The position numbers and the translations under genes are program-made. Positions 39,400-53,884 of a DNA stretch of 64,000 nucleotides are shown piece after piece. The notes under the pieces are model-generated. The model made no database searches, was not told the origin of the DNA, and saw only the letters and a program-made list of their open reading frames with translations. Position 1 is the first letter of the stretch. Each line of letters begins with the position of its first letter. Where the stretch lies: NCBI RefSeq assembly GCF_033153115.1, contig NW_026889771.1:11470001-11534000 (forward strand), written 5' to 3'. The stretch comes from Saccostrea echinata (lineage: Eukaryota).

Positions 39400-40830
39400 A
39401 GCGCAAATTCGAACTTGACAACATCATTTTCCGACCCCATCTGGCCCCCAGGATGAAAATGTAAGAGGAGCTCTAGGAAACAGGTTTTTGTAAAATAAAA
39501 AAAAATACTCCCATTTGGCCCCCCGAGTGAAAATGAAAATTCCGAAACCTTATTGCACATATAAAAGACACCACCAATTACCTTCCAAAAGATGATTTGG
39601 CTACTGGGGAAAATGTGAAAGAAGTTCTGGAACCAGGTTTCTGCAACTCGTTTTGCGACCCCATGTGACCCCCTGGATAAAAATGAAAATCCCAAAACCT
39701 TGTTGCTCATCTACGGGACACCCACCCTCAATTATTCCTAAAGATCATTTGGCTGCTACGTAAATTGTTAGAGGAGTTCTGGGAACAAGTTTTTTTTTTT
39801 TTTTGTTTGTTTTTTTTTTAAGAAAAAACATCGATTTCGACCCCCATTCGACCTCTGGAGTGAAAATGAAAATCTTTCAAAAGATGATAATTTTCTATTG
39901 CATAAAATGTAAGAGGAGTTTTGGGAACAAGGCGTTTTTTTCTTTGAAGGAAAAAACGACATTTTTCACCCCCAAATCCCCCCCCCCCCCCAATGAAAAT
40001 TGTGAAACCTTACTGTGCATTTGCAAATACCGCCAATCAACGTCCAAAAGATCATATGGCTACTGTGTAAATTATAGGAGAAGTTCTAGGAACCAGGTTT
40101 TTTCTTTCTTCTTTTTTTTTAAAGAAAAAAGGTGTTTTCGACCCCCAATTGGCTCCTAGGGTGAAAATGAAAATTTCGAAACCTTATTGCACATCTACAG
40201 GAGTCCAGCAAGTATTCCAAAAGATGATATTGCTATTGTGTAAAATGTACGAGGAGTTCTGGGAACCATTTTTTTGGTAGGAAAACCCCCCCGTCATTTT
40301 TGCCCCCGTTTGGTCCCAAGGGTTTAAAATTGAAAATCCCAAAACCTTATTGCACATCTACAGGACACTGCCTTTCATATTTTAAAAGATGAATTGGTTA
40401 CTGCTTTAAATAAAAGAGAAGTTGGAGGAAGAAGAAAGTGTAATTGACGGTCAGACGGACAAGGATAACGACAATTTACCCGAACTTTCTTTACAAAATG
40501 ATCGCCCGCGTGGCGCAGTAGTTAGAGCGTCTGCATTAGAGTCGCGGAGTAAGGAGTTTATCCTTACGTCGCGGGTTCGAATCCCACTGCGGGACGTGGA
40601 GACCGGTCCTTCGGATGAGACCGTATAAACCGAGGTCCCGTGTCGCAGTAGGTGTTGGCACGAAAAAGATCCCTCACTGCTCAATGGTCCTGAGTGCCGA
40701 GTATAGGTCAAAATTTGTAACCCTCCACCGGCAAGTGGTGGCGTCTCCATATATGAGTGAAAAATTCTCGAGAGGGACGTTAAACAACAAACAATCAATC
40801 AATCTTTACAAAATACGGGTATAAAAAATA
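39400..40830 (+). repeat. Helentron-like element with degenerate ~130-150-bp tandem units; SINE inserted in its terminal hairpin
   Basis: Repeated AAATGAAAAT...AACCTTATTGCACAT...GGAGTTCTGGGAAC units; GACGG microsatellite; TACCCG...CGGGTA hairpin split by the SINE. Confidence 0.6.
40500..40802 (+). mobile_element. tRNA-derived V-domain SINE
   Basis: A box TGGCGCAGTAG, B box GGTTCGAATCC, CCTTCGGATGAGACCGTATAAACCGAGG core, (CAAT)n tail, 12-bp TSD TCTTTACAAAAT. Confidence 0.85.
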
Positions 40831-41116
40831 AACATCGCACGGAAGACAACTATAGTTAAGCTTTTGCACTATTTCACAGAGTTTATATTCATGGCGATCG
40901 AGTAGTAAAAACATGAATGTTTTGCATAATCTAGGAATTGTATTCGGGGTTCAAACAGTTGTTCACTTCAGCGAAGGAAAAGTTACCTCTTAGACAGCTT
41001 TTAACTTTATCAGTCAACGGTATACGATATACAGCGTATATGAGGCATAAAAGTAAATTAATTTTCTTAACTATTTCTTGTTATCTTCTTGCAAGTGAAA
41101 ACTGTGTGATAAAGAC

Positions 41117-41485
41117 TGTGGCAAACCCTTTTACTATTTATTCAAAAAAGAGACGTCTCTTTAATATATATAGAGAGATATCTCTTTAACTCGGAACGAG
41201 GTAAAAGAGATATCTCTCTAAGTGAAAGAGATATCATTTTAACGTTAAGAGATATCTGTATTAGCGAAAGAGATATCTTTCAAAGAGAAAGAGATATCTC
41301 TCTAAGTGAAAGATATCTATCTAAGTGAAAGAGATATATCTGTTTTACATATATGTCTTTGTAAAGAGATTTCTCTTTTTTTAAAGAAATATCTCTATTT
41401 TTAAGAGACATCTCTTTGAAATAAGAGATATCTTCTGTAATTTGAAGAGATATCTTATTTTATCTTAGTAAAAGAGCTTGCCGTA
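41117..41485. mobile_element. TAYGG-type (IS3EU-like) MITE with GAGATATCTC internal array
   Basis: TGTGGCAAACCCTTTTACTA / TAGTAAAAGAGCTTGCCGTA termini; imperfect 6-bp flanks AAAGAC/GAAGCC. Confidence 0.55.
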
Positions 41486-41823
41486 GAAGCCACTACATAT
41501 ACATGTATATGTATTTTGTTTCTAGTACTTGTATTTTATTCAACAGAAATTGTTGAAACTCAACAGCTATAGCCTACATGTACATCTTATGTAAGTTTAG
41601 AATATTTATAACACTGCTTAGTTTACTTTCTACATCTTGAGTATCTATGACATTTTATCAATCTACATGTATAGTTGTTTTATATCAGAGGTTCTGACCA
41701 AATTTTTTTTTCAACCTTATACCTGAACTCCAGACCCAGGGACCGTAAAATTTACAAGTTAGATAGAGGCACCCTTGCCAGTCATAATCATGCACTAAGT
41801 TTGTCTGCTAAAAGCCTTTTATG

Positions 41824-42700
41824 AACAAGAGGCCCATGGGCCACAAAGCTCACCTGAGTAACTTTGGCCCTGCTGTTCTTCACCAGATTTCCTCCCTTGT
41901 AATAATTATTGTGGCCCCACCCTACCCTCGGGGGGTTATAATTTGAATAATTTAGAATATTACTACATCAGGATGCTTCCATATAAATTTCAAATTTTCT
42001 GGCCGCGTGGTTATTAAGAAGAAGATTTTTAAAGATTGTTTTTTTATATTTCAATGTAAAATGTATCCCAACCCTCCCCCTGGGGGCCATGATATAATCA
42101 AGAATCTACACTACCCCAGGAAACTTCCACATAATTTTAACTTTTCTGGCCCAGTGGTACATGAGAAGATTTTTAAATATTTTCCCTATACATTTCAATG
42201 TAAAACTTAGATTCCCTATTGTAGCCCCACCCTACCCGAGGGGGGGGGGGCATGATTTAAATAATTTAGAATCTACACTACCTCAGGAGACATCCACATA
42301 AGTTTTAGGTTTTCTGGCTCAGTGTTTCTTGAAAAGAAGATTTTTAAATATTTTACCTATATATTTCCATGTAAAATTTTGATTCCCTATTGTGGCCCCA
42401 TCCAAGCCCTGGGGGCCATGATTTGAACTATACATTACCTCAGGAAGCTTTCACCTAAGTTTCAGCTTTTCTGGCCCAGTGGTTCTTGAGAACAAGATTT
42501 TTAATGAACCAACCCTATTTTTGTCTTTTTTTATCATCTCCCCTTGGAAGGGGGCTTGGCCCTCAGTTTTAACAATTTAAACTCCCCTTCACCCAAGGGT
42601 GGTTTGTACGAACTTTGTTTAAAATTGGCCCAGTTGTTCTTGAGAAGAAATTGAAAATGTGAAAAGTTTACAGAAGGACGAGTGACAATGAGTGATAACG

Positions 42701-42737
<37 letters not shown>

Positions 42738-42738
42738 C
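41824..42738 (+). mobile_element. Second copy of the satellite-bearing Helentron-like element
   Basis: Same termini and internal units as 12852-13726. Confidence 0.78.
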
Positions 42739-44166
42739 GCTATTTTTGGTAAAGTGCTAAATGCTCTTCCTTACCATGAATTCAGTTTTACTTCAAGGTC
42801 TGATGTGTAGAATAAGATAATTTTTTTAATATTTGAGTATTTTTAGAAAATGTTACCCCACCCCTAAGGTCCCAGGGACCAAGCACTTGTTTTGGTAATA
42901 ATTTTTTTAACCCATATAGCATAATAATTATTATACTATGGGTTAAAAAATTTATTACCGAAACAAGTGCCTGTGTCCCAGAGGTATAATGATAACAAAA
43001 ATCACAATTTTTGTTTAACTTGTCCCTATAAACCTTCACGAAAAAATTAGATTGACCAAATAATATTTAAGAAAAAGTTAAAAATATTCAATTGTTAACA
43101 ACATGAACGATGCAAGACCAATCGTGACTCAGGTGGCCTTAAAGGGGCATAAGGAAATTACGTCAAAAGTTTCTAACTTACATGTAAGTCCACATTTTTT
43201 ACTTTATTACTTTACATGGTAATGTATAAACAATGTAAAGAAAAAAAACTGTGTCGGCACGTATTGTCGTCGGTGATACATGTATTACCAAACCCCGAGC
43301 CCATTATATCATCTGCGCCAAATGCCTTTTGTAGAAATTTCACTGCAGTAAAATTAATTGTGAGTTAGATGGCCACAAAGTATTTTACTTCAGTAAGGAA
43401 GTAAATGATTTTTACTAGATTAAAAATAATTTTAGTAAAAATAATTGTGAGTAGCAATAGCCAGTTTTATTTTTACTGCAGTAAAGGAATTGTGAGTAGC
43501 ATGTCCAACCATACCCAGCAAGTACCTGGTAACCCCATAAAATCATGACTGGGTTGTCTTTCATTGGCAGTTTGTGTAAATCCTTTTATTCCCATTGCAA
43601 GTGCATGTTTTGAAATATTCTAAATATGTAAACCCACATCAACCTTTCCCCACAGAAAATTTTCCCCATCTTGGAAAGTTTTCTGTATAGGATAGAATGG
43701 TTAGGAACTGTATATTTCTCTGCAGTCGGTTTATGTATATAATTAAACGTTATATATTACATACTCGTTCTCAGCTTGATTTGAAGGTAAGGGGGTTCAT
43801 TTTACATGTGTCAAACAAAGCTTTCACTCCATTCAAGAAAAAGATTGCTACTGTTACATGTTCGTTACATATTTTCATGTATGAATACATAATTATACAT
43901 CATGCATACAAATGTGTAAATAGTAATTAAGCGGACTATTAAATTTTTTACTGCTTTTTACATATTAATTTATTTTTTGGATCTATAATTAGCAATTTTA
44001 CAGTATATCATCAGCATGACTTTTTTTTTTTTTACATACCTTTGAGGATTTAATGAAAACGTATATGCTTGTATTGTTATAAAACCACAGTTGTTTATAA
44101 CCCCAAAACTAGTTGGCAAAATATATCGGTTTTTGTTTTTAAAAAATTGAGAAAGTGATATATTAA

Positions 44167-44818
44167 GGTGCTCCGTTCCTCGGGTTCTGAAAATCTACAG
44201 TGTTAAGTAATTGAAAATACTCACAAGTGTTACTGAATTCACAAAGTAATGTGAATACATGTATACCCATGTTATTTCATCCAATTTAAGTTCATCATTA
44301 TAGTTAATCTTATTATATAGGGGAAATTCTCAAATCTCGAAGAAAAGATTTTCAGGAAACGTGAATAAAAGCACCAATTTTGCAATTTTTAATTGACGGC
44401 TGATCAACAAGAATAATTAAGGATTTAAAAAAAAAGTATCCAGGCATTCGAAAAAAACTGTTTTATGCAGCATTTCAGTTCTTCATCAACTGTTACATAG
44501 TGTAAAAAGTTTGTGTTATCATTGCAGGATATCACAGATCACTTCCGCGATTTTATTTCATGTTAATAAACATTGGTATTTAATTAAGGCAGGACTGATG
44601 GAAATTCGATTTCTCTAAAATGAAAAAAAAATTAATGGGGTAAAAATGTCTTCTTTAAACTAGATCACATCTAAGACTTCAAGAAATCTTGAAACATATT
44701 AAGATGCATGAAAGGAAAGGTTTTGCACAAAAAGTAAAATTTCATGCTTCATTTTGAGACTTATTCAATTAAATAATAATTTTAAGAGTTATTTTTCCTG
44801 GCTGAGGAGAGGATATCC
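44167..44818. mobile_element. TTAA-flanked non-autonomous DNA transposon (Kolobok-like)
   Basis: TTAA-GG...CC-TTAA with imperfect TIR. Confidence 0.5.
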
Positions 44819-46837
44819 TTAAGGTTTGGTGCCAGCCAATTACATGATTTTTTTCGCAATTTTTTTTTTCACATGGAGTTCCGAAAATACCCTCACTTTT
44901 TTGCTTAGTTGAGTGGACTTATGACATTGTGTTAGTGAACGGTATTCTATACTAAAATCAAGATCAGGAAACAGGATTAAAACTTTTTATTTATTAAATT
45001 TGTTTATTGTATAAACACAAGCATGATACAGTTACTATCAGCATGACGGTTGAAAGAAAATAAACGAATAAATAAGCAAGTGAAATATATTCATTAAGCA
45101 AAAATTTCCATCCTAAACACATGGTCATACCTCATTACCATTTTTTAATCGAAATATGTTCTCCGACAGTATGTACCATCTGCTCAGAGTATTAATAAAA
45201 ACTTCTTAATCATAATATATATGATTATTATATATACCTGGTGCTTTAATTAAGAATCTGTGGCTGATAAGAGGGCTGTGATATACACATAGTAATACAG
45301 CATCTGGAACCTTATGTAATAGTTTATATGCCTTTCCGCAAGAGCTTTCGTGTTTCGCGTAATATCCCCTTGGTATAATCAGATGTGAATTTTGTTAATG
45401 CGTATAATTACAGCAAGAGTGCAACTGGGAGTTATATAAAAAGAAAACGCTTTTTCATTCAGACTAGATGTGTTGCTTTTATGTGATGGTTGGGTAACAG
45501 GGTTACGAAAAGGGGTCAAGAAGAGCGGTTAGTAAAGTAATCAAGAGGATTCTAAAATTAAAAAGGAAATTGGATACAAGAAAGCAATGCTTTCTTTTTT
45601 TAATTAAGTAAAAGTAAAACATATGTGTAAAGACTGCAATGTATCTGACATTGAAAAAACAGATTGTAATATATTTATATTAACGAATATATTTTAAAAT
45701 GAAGATTAGCATTACACAGACTGCGTTTAACATGTTGAAATGAAAAATATTTTGATTAACTTAATTTAAGAAATTATCTTTTGCTACTGATTAAATTGAA
45801 ATTGATCTTACCTCAAATAAATAACCCCCTTTTCCCCTTTGAAAATGATTGTTTTAGGAGCATAAATTAACATTTGCTTCAACACGGAGCTAGTGATATT
45901 CATGCAATTAATGTATTGAAATATAATATATTCTCCAGTTCATTATGCATGTACATAATTAGAATAATTACAAAAGGCATAAGATGTGGCATGTTTATCC
46001 CCTAGAATATACATATTATACTGCTTAATGCATAATTCATGTATAATGGCTAAAACGTATTGGATTCGGTTTCTTTTGCTCCTCAAAATCGATATATTGT
46101 TCTGACTAATCAAGTGTGAGAAGCGCGTTTTCCCATGTTTCTGCTCAGCCCGATTGAGGCTGTTTGTTTTTGACATATTTCGCTATCATTGCGTAGAAAT
46201 CTGATGACAGAGTAGTGGGTGTTATTCCGAGAGAAAAATTAGAATATTCATCAGCAATCATACATCCAAGCAATTGAGTACTTATTCCATAAATTTACAC
46301 TCGGTGTGGCCGAATGCTGCTTACATAAAGAGGAAATGGATTATAGAAGGAAACGTACTCTGCGAGTGGCATTTGAAGACAATGTGATTCAAACTTTGAA
46401 CAGTTGAATGCTTGTGCTCTCACGACAAAGGAGATGAATTGATGAATTCGTATCGATTGGCATATTTTACATCCATGGCACAAGAATTTCAGTCGCTCAT
46501 GACGGTGATACGGTGTCTCCAGTCAAAACATTCGAAATAATACCAATTGAATTTTACTCTAGCGTGTATCAGCTTGAAAACTTGAATCAATAAATTTCAG
46601 GGATGTTAAGAATGGGATGCAATTGCTACTTTGTGTGTTTTGAAATGTTCCTTTAAAATCTTGATAAAAGCATGTTTTCAAAGACGGTATTAACTGAGAT
46701 ACTGCGACTTGAATTACGATTAGAAAGGAACTCTCCAGATAATTAGTGTACTAATTTTATGTGTGTTCTATATTAGCCAAATGTCGGATTCTTAAAGAAA
46801 GCTTTAAATAATTATATCGGAATTCATTTAATGGAAT

Positions 46838-49800
46838 ATGTCGACAATAAAAAGGGCCTACATGGAAATATCAAACGGAATTCGTGGTTTGCGATTCAGG
46901 AGCGACCAGCAATCACAACAGACCAGCAACCAAAGTCCCCAGGGTGCCCGAGAGGGCCAATTGACCCAGAGGTTTAATGTGAACGGCAGCGGGGCCATGA
47001 ATGTGCGAATCGTACGGTCCCCCAAGCCGCTTATCGCAAGAAAAATTCGGAGCTTATTCAGCAAGAGCCAGCCGGACACTATCTTGGAACTATTCACAGA
47101 CGAGCGTTTTCTGGCGAAGTTCTTTAGCTATTTTTCTCCCGAAGAACGAGGGACGTTGTGTCAGGTATGCAGACTGTGGAAAAACGTGTTGTATCATCCC
47201 AAATTCTGGGTAGATGTAACCCCCATTATTGTTTGCCGTGAGCTTAGCCAGAAGGATGACCAGAGAAGCAAGTTTTATGAGAGTCTTCAACAAAGGGGAT
47301 TTGACACCGTGTGTCTCTTTGGCGCCACTGACAACGATGTTTCAGATTTTGTTGCTCATTTTCAAACGTACAAGAAACAAATAAAAGCCATAAGTTTACG
47401 CTGTTCAAATGTGACTGATACGGGTATAGAGATTTTATTTAAGAAACTGCCTTGTTTGTACAAAGTTGAACTTTCAGGTTGTAACGAAATCACAGAGACT
47501 GGTTTATGGTCATGCTTGAACCCTAAAATTGTGTCTTTGACAATAAGTGATTGCATCAATGTTGCAGACGATACAGTGGGGGCCATTGCACAGCTACTTC
47601 CGTCTCTTTTTGAACTAAATCTGCAGGCCTATCACGTGACTGATGCCTCTTTGGCCTTCTTTAGCGCCAAACAGGGATATATTTTGTCAATTTTAAGACT
47701 ACATTCCTGCTGGGAGATCACGAATCATGGCATTGTCAATATTGTACATTCCTTGCCCAACCTGACTGTGCTGAGCATGTCGGGTTGTAGCAAAATAACT
47801 GACGATGGAGTCGAACTCATCGCTGAAAATCTCAGAAAACTCCGATCCCTAGACCTCTCATGGTGTCCACGTATCACTGATGCTTCGTTAGAGTACATTG
47901 CTTGTGATCTGAGCCAACTGGAAGAACTCATTCTTGACAGGTATACATTCTAAATCATTCAAAGATTGAATACCTGCACCTGTAAATATATATGTTGAAG
48001 GGTGTTACTCCTCAAGTACTTGCATCTCTTGACATCTACAAAAATAAAGTACTTCTGACCCAATTTATTTACTTTTTGCAAGGACCTTAGGTATCTTCAT
48101 ATAAATGTGGGATAAAACTTAAAATCAGACTTATTTTCTATTGTATATTTATTAGACAATTAGATTAGTAAGATTTTTGAAATTTAAAATTTAAAAACAC
48201 GAAAAAAGAAACCTTAATTCTTAGAAATACTATAAAACAGCAGTCAATTTAAACTTTGTATCTATTGTCAATAATGATAATTAAAAGTAAGATTGAAAAT
48301 AGACACGTTTTCATCCGAAAAAAAAACCTAACGGTAAAAATTCCATTATCAGTGCAGTGTTTTAAAGACGAACCCAAATTTCTGTGGAATTAAGCATATG
48401 CATAAAACATTGGTTTATACAATTTTTTAAGGCTTCTGATTTATCTAAAATAATTCACAGGAAGTGTGTTTCTCAGAACAAAATTTATGGGAGAATCCTT
48501 AGTTTATAATCGGAAGTGCAAACAAAAATAACTTGTCAATACGTCAAATAAATGTCAGAAAATCAATAAGCTACAGATAATCATATTTTTCATCTGTTCA
48601 GCGCTTCTTAAAATATATTTATTGACTCTAAATCAAATATTTATTAGAGGATGGTGCTGAAATCGATTAGATTTTGTTTTATTATTAAAATCCCTATAAC
48701 TAAATGAAGATGAAAGAGGAAATTCATCGACTAAAATACAACTTCTGCTGGTAAAAAGGCAAGATCAATACCATATATGATATTTTATGTTTGCAAATCA
48801 TGCGTTATTGATGTTCGTCTGACCAAAAATAGACAGATGTCGGTTTTATCAATGAGAGGTCCCTTTCCCTCTAATCAAAGTGTTTCGACCTCGTTATGTA
48901 TTGACTATTGGGTATGACTCATGGCTAGCTTTAAACTTGGCCTCAACTTTAATAATGAACCTTATCGATTTTTTTTCTTCGTACTTAAGAGCAAGAAATA
49001 TAAAATCTCGAAAAAATGTGGAAAAATTTTTTTTTAAGTGTTGAAATGAAAAAGAGATAAAGTACCTCTGGTTTATTCCACAAATCTCTTATCTGAATAG
49101 TGCATACGCCGGAGTTGAGATGCAATGACCCCATTCAAAGAAAACAGGTGATACCGAGATGTTACACAAACTATGTATATTTTCAACCGTATGTAAACGA
49201 TGAATATAGGTACAGGGTTCTTAAAATACCCACAGAAGGTGTAAATATGATAACACAGGTATGACAAGCTTCTAGCAGGGGTGCGTACAGGCATAAACAA
49301 ACTGGAATGCATGCTTATGGATACAAGTGAGTGAGAGACGTTCAAAATATGCATAAAAATTATTTTCTTTAGTCTAAGCGTTGGCGAGCTATCATGTCTC
49401 GTTTTTTTTGATAGGAATTAGGAAGTAAAAAAAAGAGCACTTTTCCTCCACAGCAAAATGCAGAAAATAAAGTGTTTTGGGGCATTTTTGTCATGGTTAA
49501 TTATAACAAGTTCAACGTTTGACGCACATGAAAAACTAAAAGCTGAAAAAAAACGTAAAGTTAAGCAATCCTACTGAGAGGATGGAAATGCATGTATATG
49601 CTCAGTCAAAGAAATATATTTAAATTGCCCTGTTTAAATGAAGTAGTTATTTGACTTTAAAACAGCTTTTTAACAAGAGACAAATAGAAAAAAGGAATCT
49701 TATATCATTACGACAAAAGACAAATATTTCCTTAAAATACCAGAGGCAAATGCAACACATATGTTTGTAAGTTTTACAGTTTCTGGAATGATCGACAGGG

Positions 49801-52388
49801 ATTTGATTTCATTCTAATTTATGATAGGAGAAAAAATAAATAATCAGCACTTGAAATATAAAATCTGAACATGAATCAGGTGGAACTAAAAGATATTTGG
49901 TGCTTTCGCGATGAATCAAGCAAATATAAATAACATGAAAAAACTAGAAGAATAACTGAATGAAGACGCTTTTGTATACATGCACTGCGCAGATCAATCG
50001 ATGGTATCTATCTGTTAATTCTATGTGAAATGAAAAAATACTGCTTCGATTTTTTTAAGCCTAAAAAATTCAGTGATGGTTTCATTCGACTTTTAGGAGA
50101 ATCCCTTGTTTTGATCAGATACGGTAGTAATAGGCTCGAGGTAGCAAGTTGCTTGAGTATGATAGTGTGCAATTCAATTAAGATCCCGAACTTTTGAATT
50201 TGGTACTGTATGAATTATAAATGAAGTAACGAGTTTTAATTTACATCAACCTGTATGTTTTTTTTAAATTCCGGAGAAATTTAGTGTACACATGTAGTGT
50301 GTACTATGATCCCTTTATCGCCAGTTCGATAGCTCCTGTATTTTACAAATAACTATTTATAAAATTTAGCCATGCAAATTAAATATTCATGAATCATAAT
50401 TATTTAGATTAAAAAAGAAGCATATTTTTAGGGATATTAAAAGTATACCCCAACAGAAACCAGGGGGTTGTGCCCCCCTCCCCGAATAATTTTGCCTATA
50501 TATAGTATACTATAGAAAACATCGCTTCTTTATACTTGTGCCTCCTCAATAATAATGTCTGATGACCTTCTTTGCTTGGTAGTGCCCTCCCCCAACTGAA
50601 AATGTTAGGTTGTGCCCCCCTCCCCCCAAACAGAAGTTGCTTCGTATGGGCCTGCAAGTTGAATTCGAAACTGCTTAATAACAGCAATATTATACCACGT
50701 CTCAATATCTCATTCTATCTTCTAATCATTTACATAGGTATTGATTACACATGTATCTAATGAATTTAATATACCGATCTTTGCCCTTAGAAACATCACC
50801 ATTTTTTCAATCGTCTGTTTTGTCAGACCACGGATGTCAAGTTACTTCCCTTTTTTGACAGTATGGTGTTTTGATGTAAAATGTGTTTCTGAAAATAACA
50901 ATTTAATTTTATTTGATTAATAGGTGCTCTCGAATTACGGATATTGGTGTCGGGTACCTGTCCACAATGACGTCATTACGTCGCTTATTCTTACGTTGGT
51001 GTACACAGATTCGAGATTTCAGCCTAAAGCACATTTATTCCATGAGAAATCTTCGCGTGCTGTCTCTTGCAGGTAAATAAGAATCATTAACACATCTTAC
51101 GTTGGTGGGAAAAACAACGCTTTAATCAAGATAAAGTTGCCTTACCATTCTGTTTTATCACTTGGTTATTTATCACACGTTTTAGCCATTATCCAGTGGA
51201 AATCAGTCATTAAAATATTTTTAATATACTCTTTTGACCCAGAAAGTTCCTTTTCTTCAAGACAACTATCATATTAAACAGTTAAATGAGGGTATAATAT
51301 ATTTTACTTGATTAACACTTAGAATCTGAAGTAAAGTGAATGTACATGAAAATGTATTTCGAGAACACACCTAATTTACATTATAGTCTCATGGCGCACC
51401 TTTTGTCTGTTATTTTGAAATGTGAAAATGGTCTGACACAAAGTTCATGCACATGTAGTTTAACGAACTGTGTATAATCTATTAAGTAAGCGACAATTTT
51501 AAGAAATAAAATTTTTAGAGACTTAAGAAATGACTCTTGTATTGAATTGAATTTTTGATATTGCATTGTGTTACAAAACATTCAAATTGAATAACGCGTC
51601 TTAGCATTTGTTTTCTCGACTCATGAAATGCAAATTTTGAAAGAAAGAAACTACCGTGGAGTGTATACATTCCAAATTATAACACTTGCTCATCTTTTCG
51701 TAAAGAAAACAACCACGGTAATGTACCCCCTACTGATCCTCAGGCATGTATCGTATACCTTAACAAATCTGTTACGTATTATATTATAAACTATAGATTA
51801 CATAGTTCCGACATACCGTGCATATTACTGTCTGACTCCTAGCACTCGAAAGCCTAGGAAATGATATCACCATTACAGTCCCACATACCGGGTAACGTGA
51901 GCCATTTTGCAAAAAAGCTTAAATTGCTGTGGAAGAAAGTCGGAATTATTAATATTGCTTGTGACAATAACACTTAGGTGTTGCAATGGATCCACACGTG
52001 TTCGAAATTCCACAATCTAAACAATCATTCTAAAACAGTTCCTTGTTTAGTTATAAAGTGTCTAATACGCGTTTAAATAAAATACAATCATGTACGACTG
52101 ATGTCTTCAGTGTTGTAATTAAAGCACAAGTTTCTTTAATTTGTTAAACAATATCTAGTTCTATATTTTATTCCGAGATGAAAAAAAAAGTTTCATTCTC
52201 AGTACATGCATGTAATATATTGCATTTTTTTCTATTAAGGATGTACTCTGGTGTCTGGACAAGGATTGTGTGGGTTGACACAGTTACATAACTTAGATGA
52301 ATTAGAGTTGACCAACTGTCCAAGTGCATCTCGAGAAGTTTGCCTTTACCTTCGAGAAAACATGACACACTGTCTTGTGGTGGACTAA
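46838..52388 (+). CDS. FBXL16: F-box/LRR-repeat protein 16; exons 46838-47940, 50924-51072, 52240-52388
   Basis: F-box ([20 protein letters not shown]), LRRs [42 protein letters not shown]; phases consistent. Confidence 0.94.
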
Positions 52389-53504
52389 GTGATATCCCTT
52401 GCTCCCGAAAATCACATCGTTGCAGGTTTAAAACGCCGATGGGTAAACTGCTCCAGGATACTCACTCACCTAGCTTGAATTTAATGGAATTGTGAATGAT
52501 GAAGACCCATAAAAACGTCTCAAAGGGTCACCTGACTATCATCTTCAGAAATCACGTGATCACAGTATGGGTTTCCGGATTACAGATTCTGAGATTACAT
52601 ATCTTTGTTTTTCCTCTTTTGTAACTAAAACATCGACAACACTGTTTTTTTATGCTAAAATTCCGTATTTGAATTTTTAAACTTTCTTATTTCATATTTA
52701 TTTTAAGAATATTTCCAGTTTAATTCAGCTTTATTCCCTTTTGACAGACCAATTTGTACAGAATGCTTGTTATCACTGAAAATAAATGATGAAAAAAAAA
52801 TTTTGAATGTTGTTTCTCTGCGGGGGAAGATGATAATTTGTTTAGAGATAAGGGGGATCGTTCACGTTCTTTACTAGTTCACACCGTGCGGTATGCCGAC
52901 CCTACTGAGAGGAATCACTGGTGTGACCCTCTAACACTTTATTGTTATTTATATTATCACAAGTATATCGCGCCTTCAGAAAACAGATGAATTCTTGGAT
53001 TGATAATCGCAAGAGATAGAAAGAAATATTTACAAAAAATGAATCACGGTGTTTTGATTAAAGGCACTTCTGTAAAGTCTGTTCTGCGGAAAGATGGTGA
53101 ATGTTTGACTGTAAATGATTTACCAATTACAATTTTTAATCGCGATTGTATATCCTCTATGTAGATACTGTGGTAACATAACAAGGATATTCTTGGTTTT
53201 TCTTGTAGGATGTGAAGAAGAGATGTCGTAAAATTTGTAAATGTCAAAAACTGTTTTGTCACTTTAAGGTTCATTGACCTCTGATAAGAGAGATAACTCT
53301 CACTGGGATAAGTTTTGCCTGGCAAGTTATGCTGAAATTATGTTCATTTAAATCATATATTAGATTTCTTTTGGAAAATTATTAGCATTAAAGCAAAATT
53401 TTTCATGAGTGATGAGGGTGTGATGAACCTTAAAATATCTATATTGGAAGAGACCCCCCAAAAAAGCCAAACAAATCAAACCATGCATTTATCTTTATGA
53501 TTTA

Positions 53505-53884
53505 GGCCATTCCAAGTTTTTTCTATGTTTAGCGTCCGCGTGCGCCTTGGTTTTTGACACCCCATGACAGAAAACAAAAACAGAATCAGGAGCCAATTTT
53601 TTTTTTATTTTGGTCAATTTTTTAAATTTCTGCCGATCTCTCTAAATTATTTGTATATAATATGACATAATTGGAAATTTTATGTATGTAATACCTCGAT
53701 TTTGCTGAAGAAAATAAGTTTCTACATGAAAAATAGATTAATGAAATCAAATCCATTGAATTACGTCATTTTTATGACTATAAAGTCTGTGTTTTATTTT
53801 TTGGCTTGTGTGTTTTTTGCGAATAGGTAGCTAGGTTTTTGAAAGATGGGTGGAAGCTAAACAGAGAAAAAACTTGGAATGGCC
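53505..53884. mobile_element. PIF/Harbinger-type MITE
   Basis: TIR GGCCATTCCAAGTTTTTT / AAAAAACTTGGAATGGCC, TSD TTA. Confidence 0.8.

Noticed and set aside
40451-40824. Overlapping ORFs
   Set aside because: Frames through the GC-richer SINE
47941-47953. FBXL16 ending at the ORF-track stop (371 aa)
   Set aside because: The donor at 47941 and two downstream in-phase LRR exons extend the protein
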